A DNA stretch of 64,000 nt, taken from positions 39,488 through 103,487 of the forward strand of contig JALNXE010000001.1 of assembly GCA_023230525.1 (NCBI GenBank), in the 5' to 3' direction. Shown here piece after piece: positions 17,304-25,567 of this stretch (position 1 is its first letter; each line of letters opens with the position of its first letter). This DNA is from Desulfobulbaceae bacterium. GTDB taxonomy: Bacteria; Desulfobacterota; Desulfobulbia; Desulfobulbales; SURF-16. Below the pieces are notes generated by a model that searched no databases, was not told the origin of the DNA, and worked only from the letters and a program-made list of their open reading frames with translations. Position numbers and translations under genes: made by a program.

Positions 17304-18737
17304 TTATTGAATCCTTGCGACTACATCTTTCCCGAACCTACGGGTAACTTCTTGGTTCATCTTGCTTTCAAGGTCCTGCATATGTTCCAGATAGCTTAAA
17401 ATTGCGTTCATTTCTGATGTCGAGGCGATATAACTGGCTTTGGCCCCTTCTTTCAACTGTTGGATTTTCGACAACATGAGGGAAAGGTCTTGACCGGCAT
17501 TTTCTGCAAAGATAACCGCGGCACAAGTGTCTGGTCCACCACTTGACCCCGAAGCCTTTTTCTCCAACACTTCTCTGGCTTTTCTGGCAATCATTTCCGC
17601 CCGAACATACAAATCCGACATCATTTGCAGGCTGTAAGCAGCGGCGGTTATGTCGGCCAGGCCGCTTATGGTTGCACCGTCCGTATTGGTGCCAACGGCA
17701 CTTTTGAGAATAGGCAATGTTGATAACGGATTTGAGTCCATAAAATCCCGTTCTGCCGCTGTATATGTGCCTTTGTTGCGTATTTTGCCGGCTATACTAT
17801 TCAACTGAGTTCTCACATACGCTCCCATATCCCTATTGCCATCAGTAACCTGCGTACATTGGCCGGCAGAGTTTTTAATGTAAATATCACCATTGGCAAT
17901 GGATTTGATTGAATCAGTATTATTTTCTGAACATGGCAGCATGTAAGTAATTTTATATGCCTCAGCCGGTCCAGACAATTTGAGATCACCAACCAGACCA
18001 CGAATGAGATCAATATGAGACATAGGTATGCTCATCCTGTTTCCGACATTTTCGAGCAGCGAATCGCCGTTTAAAAACAAATCTTGCACATCTGCGTTAC
18101 ATCCCGAGGTTACAGCGGATACATCACCAGATGAAACAGCGCCGCCGCTGGCCTGTTCCGCTGTTGTCAGGTCAGTCCACATTTCCGATACACCACTGAC
18201 TAATTTGTTTTCCTTGACCGCGGTACCGAGTCTTTCCTTCATGTCTTCACCGGAATGAAAACCATCCTTGTCAGCTACTATCCCAACCATTGTCTTAGCT
18301 GCTGCACATTCGTCAATCTGCATCTGGTTAAGAGCATCAGACATGGATTCAAAGTTTTTAATCGTGTTGGAGCATTGCTCACAGAGAGTTTTAAGTCCGA
18401 GGTCGAAGGCCACCCCTGCGGCATTTGACAAGATGTGTTGGAGCTTATCCACCAGATAATCAGAATCCATAAACGAAAAACCGCCCAAAAACACATCAAT
18501 ACCACCGCAGCCGCTCTTTACTTTTGGCGTTTCGAGAGTTACCGGATAATCGGCGGTACTTTTCCAACGACCGGAAAAACTGCCAGCGGAATAATATCCT
18601 CGCTGTTGCCCTTCAAAATAGCCGGATTGAGTTGAGTTGCTCTGTTGCAACCAATCATCCACCCAACCAGCGTGAGCAACTTGGACTGAAATCGGACATA
18701 TCAAACTCATGGATAAAGCGAAGATCATCTTTTTCAT
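17304..18737 (-). CDS. traH: F-type conjugative transfer protein TraH
   Basis: Signal peptide plus SGCGGIDVFLGGFSFMDSDYLVDKLQHILSNAAGVAFDLGLKTLCEQC, which is the characteristic TraH core. Confidence 0.88.
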   Translation of the reverse strand: MKKMIFALSMSLICPISVQVAHAGWVDDWLQQSNSTQSGYFEGQQRGYYSAGSFSGRWKSTADYPVTLETPKVKSGCGGIDVFLGGFSFMDSDYLVDKLQHILSNAAGVAFDLGLKTLCEQCSNTIKNFESMSDALNQMQIDECAAAKTMVGIVADKDGFHSGEDMKERLGTAVKENKLVSGVSEMWTDLTTAEQASGGAVSSGDVSAVTSGCNADVQDLFLNGDSLLENVGNRMSIPMSHIDLIRGLVGDLKLSGPAEAYKITYMLPCSENNTDSIKSIANGDIYIKNSAGQCTQVTDGNRDMGAYVRTQLNSIAGKIRNKGTYTAAERDFMDSNPLSTLPILKSAVGTNTDGATISGLADITAAAYSLQMMSDLYVRAEMIARKAREVLEKKASGSSGGPDTCAAVIFAENAGQDLSLMLSKIQQLKEGAKASYIASTSEMNAILSYLEHMQDLESKMNQEVTRRFGKDVVARIQ

Positions 18738-19786
18738 TATCTTGCCCTCCAGGGCTGTTCTTCTGTCTCTAAAATTGCACCAGGGTCAAGTGCGCCGCCT
18801 TTCTGATAATCATACGTCTGGAAGGTATTTATGTTCGTTTCCCCGCCCAGATAGCGGATGGCCTGATACAGTTTCCGCTCCAGTTCCGATTGGGCCACTA
18901 CCCCGACTGATATCGGCATGGCTTGTTCTGTCCCGTCTTTGATGAGGATCAAGGTTGGAGTGGTAGTGATGTTAAACCGAGCCGCCAAAGTTGTTTCTTG
19001 GTCGATATCAATGAGTTTGATCTGCCAGCCGTATTTTTCCACGAAATAAGTAAGTATTGCCGTTTGCTTGTCACAGAATCCGCAGCCATGGCTTACAAAA
19101 AACAGCAAGGCATGATTTTCACGAGCAGCCGTTATGGTGCTGTATATTTCCTTTTGTTGTTCCTGTACCCTGGCCGATATACCAGGTGTTGTTGTCGGAT
19201 AAACCTGATTGATATTGAATTTATCACTGTATTTTTGAACGACGAATTTTGTGGCATTGGCATAAGCCAGAGCCTTCCGGCGAGCTACATCCTGCAAAAT
19301 CAGATATTCCAGGATGTTCTTCTCATTCGGGGTTTGTACTGCTTTTTTCTGCACTCCATTCAACAGCCCTTGAAATTCGTCTGGATGTAAATTCCAGATG
19401 TCGTCGATGGTGTACTTGTCCATCGACGGATTTATGGACTCGAATACCTTTGGCCCGGCCTCTCGTGTTATGGTTGCATTTTGCAGGTTGAGTGGTTCTT
19501 TGAACTTTTCATCCGGAGGTGGGTCTTTATACCAGAACCATCCTTCCTTGGCGGTTTCGTAGAAAGCTGGTTGCGGCAAAGAAACATCTTCAGCCAGGGC
19601 CTTTGTCGTCATGGTGACGGCCAAAAGCCAGCAACACAGCCAGATACTAAATCCAGCTACGCTAAGAAAACCGTTCTTTGGCTCAGGATTGAATTTTAAC
19701 AGAATCCTACGCTTCACTATATCCAAAGGTGTAATAATGCAGCCTTGGGCTTGTCCGGCCGTTTTTCTCGCCATCAGAACTACCAT
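18737..19786 (-). CDS. traF: Thioredoxin-fold conjugal transfer protein TraF/TrbB-like (CXXC present)
   Basis: The C-terminal thioredoxin-like domain carries FFVSHGCGFCDKQ. Its position is directly upstream of traH. Confidence 0.75.
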   Translation of the reverse strand: MVVLMARKTAGQAQGCIITPLDIVKRRILLKFNPEPKNGFLSVAGFSIWLCCWLLAVTMTTKALAEDVSLPQPAFYETAKEGWFWYKDPPPDEKFKEPLNLQNATITREAGPKVFESINPSMDKYTIDDIWNLHPDEFQGLLNGVQKKAVQTPNEKNILEYLILQDVARRKALAYANATKFVVQKYSDKFNINQVYPTTTPGISARVQEQQKEIYSTITAARENHALLFFVSHGCGFCDKQTAILTYFVEKYGWQIKLIDIDQETTLAARFNITTTPTLILIKDGTEQAMPISVGVVAQSELERKLYQAIRYLGGETNINTFQTYDYQKGGALDPGAILETEEQPWRAR

Positions 19787-20325
19787 AACGGCAGCGCCTT
19801 ATGGAGCATCAGGTCTGCGTGGACGAATCCGAAATACCTGCTGTCGTAACTGCGGGGGTTGGTGCCGATCATGAAGAAGTTTTTTTCTGGCACAATCCCT
19901 GAATATTGAAATTGAGGCAAAGGGCGCTTGAGGCTGTCAGCCTCCAACGCCTTGCCGATAAAAACACCCTGACAAAAAAATTGCCCTTCGGCATCACTGG
20001 TAAGCACTTCCCCGGGAGCGCAGCCCACTTTTTTTATCAGCTTATCGAGTTTTTTGTTCAACATAGGCTTGACATATTTTTCCACTTCTTCTCTGTTGCC
20101 TTGAAAAACGAGATAATCCCCGTTTTTGATTTGATCCCGATTAAATTCTGTCATGAAAAAAAGCCGATGGTCGAGTGAATCGCTGAGTGCGACAATGAGT
20201 CGTCCGGGGAGGGATGCCCCCAGCAACAAGGCAGCCACAAAAACCATTGCCCCGGTCTTTTCCCGGTGAGTCAACCGGAAGAGAAAGCGGGCCAACCGGC
20301 TATTTAGGAGAAATCTCATTACCAT
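19780..20325 (-). CDS. S26-family conjugative signal peptidase (TraF/TrhF-like pilin-processing peptidase)
   Basis: The C-terminal GTNPRSYDSRYFGFV motif is typical of plasmid TraF/TrhF signal peptidases. 181 aa. Confidence 0.75.
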   Translation of the reverse strand: MVMRFLLNSRLARFLFRLTHREKTGAMVFVAALLLGASLPGRLIVALSDSLDHRLFFMTEFNRDQIKNGDYLVFQGNREEVEKYVKPMLNKKLDKLIKKVGCAPGEVLTSDAEGQFFCQGVFIGKALEADSLKRPLPQFQYSGIVPEKNFFMIGTNPRSYDSRYFGFVHADLMLHKALPLW

Positions 20326-20671
20326 TTCGTATCACTACTTCTTTTAAAAGTATGACATGCCTGCTCTTTTCTGCCTCTGCATTGAGAATAGCTTCTGTCC
20401 TGTCCAAGTTTGACTTGAATTGCTCTTCCGTCATTTCACCTGCTTTTACCAAAGCCGTTTGCTCCCGTAGATAGCCCGTGAGGTCAAAGGTCAAAAGCTT
20501 CTGGGCCATGAAGTGGTCGTATCCCCAGAGCGCACCACCAACGATCAGAATCGTGATGACAATTATTTCCAGATAGCCAGGAGTTGTTTTGTGGGTTTCT
20601 GCCACTGGTGCTTTTGCTTCTGCTGTTAATGCTTTTTCTTCACCAGGAGCTGTTGGTTTTTCTTCTGTCAT
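20300..20671 (-). CDS. Single-pass inner-membrane protein, possibly TrbI (F-type)-like
   Basis: 123 aa with one TM (YLEIIVITILIVGGALWGY). Size, topology and tra context resemble F TrbI; no diagnostic motif. Confidence 0.35.
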   Translation of the reverse strand: MTEEKPTAPGEEKALTAEAKAPVAETHKTTPGYLEIIVITILIVGGALWGYDHFMAQKLLTFDLTGYLREQTALVKAGEMTEEQFKSNLDRTEAILNAEAEKSRHVILLKEVVIRNGNEISPK

Positions 20672-20679
20672 ATTTTTTT

Positions 20680-21735
20680 GTGATTACCACTAAGTTTCAG
20701 TTTTTTAACTGGTAGGACGTTATTTGTCCTATCTACCATGGCATACTCCTTCAAATGGATTCATTTAATTGAAGGAGAGGGCCATGGCAAAAAATCCAAT
20801 TCAGTTTCAAAAAGGTTTGAGTTTGACTCAGTTTTTTTCCAAATACGGCAGTGCCGAGAAATGTCGTCAGATTCTCTTTAACATGAGGTGGCCGCTGGGA
20901 TTTGTCTGCCCTGAGTGTGGCCATACCTGTTATTGTGAAATCAGCACCCGTAAAGTCTATCAGTGCAAGCGTTGCCACCGCCAAACATCTGTGACAAGTG
21001 GAACCATTTTCGACAATACAAAATTGCCGCTCAATATCTGGTTCCTTGCTATTTATCTTATCACCCAATCAAAAGATGGCATATCCTCACTCAATCTTTC
21101 GAGAACTATTGGGGTTTCAGCTAATGCCGCTCTGCGCGTAAAGCACAAGTTGCAACATGTCATGAAAAAACAAGATGATGCAACGCCGCTATACGGTTTC
21201 ATCCAAATCGACGATTCCTATCTTGGTGGCAAAAGCAGAGGCGGCAAAAGAGGACGCGGAGCATCCGGGAAAACACCTTTTATTGCTGCTGTTGCCACTG
21301 ACGAAGAAGGTCATCCTCTGCAAATGCGTTTCAGTCAGGTGAAGAAATTCTCTAAACAAGAAATTTTTCAATGGGCCGAGAAACACCTGGCGCCTGACAG
21401 TATTGTTGTCACTGATGGGTTTTGTTGTTTCACAGGAATCAAGAAAGCAGGTTATGTTCATCAGCGTATTATCACGGGAGGCGGTCATGACAGTGTTGAG
21501 ATCAAAGAGTTCAAATGGGTGAACACCATGCTTGGCAACGTCAAAAATGCCATCCGTGGCAGTTATCATGCAATCAGTGAAAAACATATACCCCGTTATC
21601 TTGCTGAATTTTGTTACCGATTCAACCGCCGTTTTGAGTTGGGTAAAATGGTACCAAGCTTGGCTCATGCAGCTGTGCATACTTTGCCCAGACCCACTAA
21701 ATTGTTGAAGTTGGCTGAAAGTCGGTGGTAATCAC
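20680..21735 (+). mobile_element. IS1595-family insertion sequence (1056 bp) with 11-bp perfect terminal inverted repeats and target-site duplication
   Basis: IRL is GTGATTACCAC (20680-20690) and IRR is GTGGTAATCAC (21725-21735). The element is flanked by identical ATATTTTTTT at 20670-20679 and 21736-21745. It holds a single transposase ORF. Confidence 0.85.
20769..21731 (+). CDS. IS1595-family (ISXO2-like) DDE transposase with N-terminal zinc ribbon
   Basis: N-terminal CPECGHTC…CKRCHRQ zinc ribbon plus IQIDDSYLGG…VVTDGF…RYLAEFCYRFNRR, typical of IS1595 transposases. Confidence 0.9.
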   Translation: MKERAMAKNPIQFQKGLSLTQFFSKYGSAEKCRQILFNMRWPLGFVCPECGHTCYCEISTRKVYQCKRCHRQTSVTSGTIFDNTKLPLNIWFLAIYLITQSKDGISSLNLSRTIGVSANAALRVKHKLQHVMKKQDDATPLYGFIQIDDSYLGGKSRGGKRGRGASGKTPFIAAVATDEEGHPLQMRFSQVKKFSKQEIFQWAEKHLAPDSIVVTDGFCCFTGIKKAGYVHQRIITGGGHDSVEIKEFKWVNTMLGNVKNAIRGSYHAISEKHIPRYLAEFCYRFNRRFELGKMVPSLAHAAVHTLPRPTKLLKLAESRW

Positions 21736-21779
21736 ATATTTTTTTCCAAAAAATTTCGTCAACATCGCACGCGTGGGTT

Positions 21780-22230
21780 AAAAGAATAGTTAAATATATA
21801 GTTAAAAAAATAGTTAGCGACTCAAAAAATTGCCTTTTTTCATCAGTAAATCAACGAGTTGCAAAAAGTGATCATAGGTCATACGACACGAAAACGTAGG
21901 TCATACAACACGAAAACATAGGTCATCCGACACGAAAACGTAGGTCATACGACACGATTTGACAGGTTTTCTTTCCAAACCGTAGGTCATACGACACGAT
22001 TTCATGAAAAACCGTAGGTCATACGACACAATTTTTTTAGCCCGCAACATGAATTTCTGGAAATGGTCTCAATTTGACACTAAAAACAAGAAAAACCGTG
22101 TCGTATGACCTACGTTTTACAAAAATACCGTAGGTCATACGACACGACCATAGGTCATACGACACAATTTCATGAAAATACGTAGGTCATACGACACGGT
22201 TTTCCAAAAACACCGTAGGTCATACGACAC
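21780..22230. repeat. Vegetative origin (oriV): AT-rich block with three 12-bp-spaced TAGTTA repeats, plus 11 iterons of core TAGGTCATACGACAC
   Basis: Iteron cores start at 21875, 21897 (1 mismatch), 21919 (1 mismatch), 21941, 21983, 22015, 22098 (inverted), 22131, 22151, 22183 and 22216. TAGTTA occurs at 21787, 21799 and 21811. The array abuts the 3' end of the trfA-like gene. Confidence 0.8.
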
Positions 22231-22234
22231 GGTA

Positions 22235-23197
22235 TTACGGTAAAGGAGTAGGTACTTTGTCATGATCTTCATGTCGAATACAGCAAATTTTATCATCGTC
22301 AGTGAGCATTGCTATCTCGGTAATTTTGACTTTCTGCAATTCGGCACAGGCTTTTTTGACCGTCTGCCGCCAACTCGTAGTACTGGAATCTTGTGAACCA
22401 CACATTTGCTGGAATGTCTTAAGATTAAGCGGATATGGATGCTTGTGGCTTTCGATATAATTGGCAAGGCAGCGAGTTACAGGCGACAACTTACGGAAGA
22501 TTTCCCATGAGTGGCTTGTAAAATTCTTACCGGCAAAAAGCAAAATCAAGTTAGGGTCAAGCCAGGTACGGTATGTTGTCGGCTTGCCTTCCTCATCATT
22601 GGTTGCTTCATAATTACCAATGAGACAAATGGATCCACTTCTCCCATAAGCCTTGGCGTTCAAGGCTAAAACATCATTGGCCCTGAGCCGTGAAATGCAA
22701 TCCCGCACCCTGTCATAATTGCGGCCGCTTTTTGACCAACCAACATCCCGCACCAAGTCTTTAATTGAAAATTCAAATGTTTCACCAAGTGGTATTCCCT
22801 GGCCGTATTTGAGAATTTGCAGCCACACGATTTCATCGTCCTCGGCTCGTAGCTCAATACCAGTGTAGATAATCGACACATATTCGTTATAGTGAAACAG
22901 CTGTTTACGCATCAAGGTTTTGCGTGGTTGGTTCTTGTTCGTGGCCGTGAACAGTGATGATCGAGCGTAGTCATTGGGGATGTGCCGCAAGTCGCTGCGC
23001 TTGCCCATGGTTTCAGGAAAAATATTATCAAGTTGAAACAGTTTGTTTGGGTCAATTCCTTTTCGGTGCAAATAGGCTTTTCGCTGAAAGCCGTCCATTT
23101 GTTTTTCTATGTTGGTGCGAGAAACAACGGTCTTTCCAGCGGCTTCAGAAGATCCGTCATTTTCCCTAAGAGTAATTTTTATTGGCTTACATTTCAT
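22235..23197 (-). CDS. trfA: TrfA-family plasmid replication initiator
   Basis: IPNDYARSSLFTA…VSIIYTGIELRAEDDEIVWLQILKY matches my recollection of the TrfA signature (PNxxARSxLF … IxYTGxxL…D…VxLQ). The iteron array lies immediately downstream. Confidence 0.8.
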   Translation of the reverse strand: MKCKPIKITLRENDGSSEAAGKTVVSRTNIEKQMDGFQRKAYLHRKGIDPNKLFQLDNIFPETMGKRSDLRHIPNDYARSSLFTATNKNQPRKTLMRKQLFHYNEYVSIIYTGIELRAEDDEIVWLQILKYGQGIPLGETFEFSIKDLVRDVGWSKSGRNYDRVRDCISRLRANDVLALNAKAYGRSGSICLIGNYEATNDEEGKPTTYRTWLDPNLILLFAGKNFTSHSWEIFRKLSPVTRCLANYIESHKHPYPLNLKTFQQMCGSQDSSTTSWRQTVKKACAELQKVKITEIAMLTDDDKICCIRHEDHDKVPTPLP

Positions 23198-24038
23198 TAC
23201 ACGTACCTGAATTCAAACTGCCGCATCGGTTTCCCCTGACCTTGGTTATCAAAGCGGTTAAACTTGGGCTTTTGGCTTCTAAATTAACTTTTTCCAGGAG
23301 GGTAACGATGCCCACATCGCCTTGAAGCTGAAAAACTTCATCGCCGCGGTCATAGATGAGGGCTGGAACTTCGGTGATGCTGTACTGCTTAAAGAGGGCG
23401 GGTTTGATCGAAACAGCCGGTTTAATCAGGTCACATGGCTGCTCCTGTGTATTTTCGCAGGTGGTATCTTTTTTCAGAACCTTGCTCCACCATTTTACTT
23501 TTTCTTTTGTGTTCTCTTTACCCAGACCGCCTACCATTCCCTTCATAACCGGCACAATTTCCGGCACTCCTTCGAGATAGGCCATGTACCTCTGAAACGA
23601 TGCCTCTGGGATGGAACTGGACAGGAAAAGATAAATCTTTTCAGAACCAGCAAGGATGCCTTTGACCTGCTCCCTTATCTCTTTCTTTGCCCTTGGTATA
23701 AGGTCTGCCTGTCCTTGTTCGTAACATTTCACCTTGTCCTGAAATTCCTTGGAACGATAAACGGCATTCGTCTCTTCAGCGGCCTTTTTCCCTGCTTCGC
23801 TATGCTTGTTTTCAGGGATGGTTATGGTCTTAGCCAGTTCTCTGGCCGTATCCATAGCTTTTCTGGTTGCTTCGTCGTCAATTACAGTCTGTTTCCTGGC
23901 CTTTTCCAAGAGAGCCGGCGGCAAAGCAGGGACAGTCTTATCAGAACAAGAACAAGAGCTTTCAGCGCCTTGCATCGATAAGGCCGATAAGCCGACAACC
24001 AATCCGGCCAGCATGATGATAAAAATTTGTCTTCGCAT
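23187..24038 (-). CDS. trbC: F-type pilus assembly protein TrbC
   Basis: Signal peptide MRRQIFIIMLAGLVVGLSALS plus IYLFLSSSIP…VMKGMVGG…VSIKPALFKQYSITEVPALIY, the TrbC_Ftype pattern. I prefer the ATG at 24038 (1 nt after the traU stop) over the ORF-track start at 24098. Confidence 0.75.
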   Translation of the reverse strand: MRRQIFIIMLAGLVVGLSALSMQGAESSCSCSDKTVPALPPALLEKARKQTVIDDEATRKAMDTARELAKTITIPENKHSEAGKKAAEETNAVYRSKEFQDKVKCYEQGQADLIPRAKKEIREQVKGILAGSEKIYLFLSSSIPEASFQRYMAYLEGVPEIVPVMKGMVGGLGKENTKEKVKWWSKVLKKDTTCENTQEQPCDLIKPAVSIKPALFKQYSITEVPALIYDRGDEVFQLQGDVGIVTLLEKVNLEAKSPSLTALITKVRGNRCGSLNSGTCNEM

Positions 24039-24039
24039 A

Positions 24040-24978
24040 TCATTCACAGCAAGTGCAACAACGTACCTTCCTGAATACCACCCAGAGAAATTCATCATTT
24101 GACCCCTTCATTCCTCGAATGGGGGGATTGAGGCCGCTATCATAGAACTTGGCTGCTTTGCCGATAGGGTATGTGCTCCGAAGATCGGGCCTGGCCGTAT
24201 GCATCTGGTAATGGCTCTTTGTCCAGACTGGAGTGAATGTGCAGCCACAAAGAGCATACGGGTCGCAAAGCATGAACAGACGGTTCAGCTTGAAGATCAG
24301 CCGTGACGCTGCCGTATTACTGGCCTGAACAATATTGTCGTTGTCCACATGGCCGCTTACGGGATAGGTTGACCCGCTGCTCCCAATACACCAGGGCATC
24401 GCGTCGAGTGGGAATCCACCATTTACGGCTAACGCATCTGACATACAAAGCAACTGCATTTCTTTATTGGCGAATAATGCAGCTTCGGGAGTGATAGTGG
24501 CTACAAGCTCATCGTTCTGCCACATTGCATCAAATTCAGACCACCATGCACCAACATCGTTATTTTCACACGGGGTCCCATCCAGCATCGAAAAAATAAA
24601 CGCATGTGCCTGGAAGAAAGTTGATTCATCGGCAATAGATACAGCATCGGAACTCTTATTCTTTCCGCCTAATATGTCATCAATTGAACCCTCGGCGTCT
24701 CCACCAGACCCCGTAAACGGAGAATAATTTGCCACTGAAACCGTATCTATGAATAAAGACGGGTCCCAATATTCGTATATTACACCCATCTCGAAAAACT
24801 CTGGTGGGGGCCTGGGGCATATACAAATCCCTAAAAACTTAAAATCCATATCATCCCAGTTTATATCCGTAACGGGGTTCCACGTATCGCCTGATTTAAG
24901 GATGCCAGCAAAGGCTGGGGGCGCAGAAAGCAAAAGCACTGAGGCCAACAGGTATTTATTCATCAATTTATTCATCAA
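24040..24978 (-). CDS. traU: F-type conjugative transfer protein TraU
   Basis: Signal peptide and the Cys-rich core (FLGICICPRPPP…, LLCMSD…, WCIGSSG). 312 aa, in traW-traU order. Confidence 0.88.
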   Translation of the reverse strand: MMNKLMNKYLLASVLLLSAPPAFAGILKSGDTWNPVTDINWDDMDFKFLGICICPRPPPEFFEMGVIYEYWDPSLFIDTVSVANYSPFTGSGGDAEGSIDDILGGKNKSSDAVSIADESTFFQAHAFIFSMLDGTPCENNDVGAWWSEFDAMWQNDELVATITPEAALFANKEMQLLCMSDALAVNGGFPLDAMPWCIGSSGSTYPVSGHVDNDNIVQASNTAASRLIFKLNRLFMLCDPYALCGCTFTPVWTKSHYQMHTARPDLRSTYPIGKAAKFYDSGLNPPIRGMKGSNDEFLWVVFRKVRCCTCCE

Positions 24979-25567
24979 TCTTTACCTCCTGCACCATCAT
25001 CATTTTTCCATTCTGGGTAATCACGCAAGGAGCAGCGGCTAATTGCAGACGATCAGCTATGGTTTTGGTCAGATAAAAGACCGGCCGTTGTAATTGCTTT
25101 ATCAAGGGGGCGGCGAATCCTGCGGAAATCAGCAATTTGATTTGCCGATTCTTGTAATAGGGTGACATCTCAAACCACTCCACTTGCTTTGCGTCCTCGC
25201 TATTGATGACCACCAATCCATCGGGTAGAGAGACATAATCCAAAGGGTTCCAGGTAAGGCCTCGCGGGTACATGATCTCCCCAATTTCACCAGGGATGTC
25301 GTGATTTAAGGTGTAGGTCATATCGACGAAAAACGTCCGATCTCTCTTGGCTGCAGGCAGGGCATGGATGTCTTTTGCTTTGTAGTTCTGCCTATGTTCC
25401 TCCATGACCTTTGCCAGCTTTTCATAGTCAATACCGGCCTTGATCTCTTCAATCAGGTCCGGCTCCACTACGGGATAGGTCATTCCGATGGCGCCAAGAT
25501 TCTTTCCATATGCAGGAGAGGCCAGCAGAAGGCCTAGAATAAGAATAACAAACTTACAGTTGCCCAT
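24968..25567 (-). CDS. traW: F-type conjugative transfer protein TraW
   Basis: KNLGAIGMTYPVVEPDLIEEIK is the TraW N-terminal signature. 199 aa. Confidence 0.8.
   Translation of the reverse strand: MGNCKFVILILGLLLASPAYGKNLGAIGMTYPVVEPDLIEEIKAGIDYEKLAKVMEEHRQNYKAKDIHALPAAKRDRTFFVDMTYTLNHDIPGEIGEIMYPRGLTWNPLDYVSLPDGLVVINSEDAKQVEWFEMSPYYKNRQIKLLISAGFAAPLIKQLQRPVFYLTKTIADRLQLAAAPCVITQNGKMMMVQEVKIDE

Noticed and set aside
21875-22230. Regularly repeated ~15-18-bp sequence with short spacers, superficially CRISPR-like
   Set aside because: The repeats are too short, and the 5-27-bp spacers are irregular. One copy is inverted, there are no cas genes, and the array abuts a TrfA-like rep gene. These are plasmid iterons (oriV).
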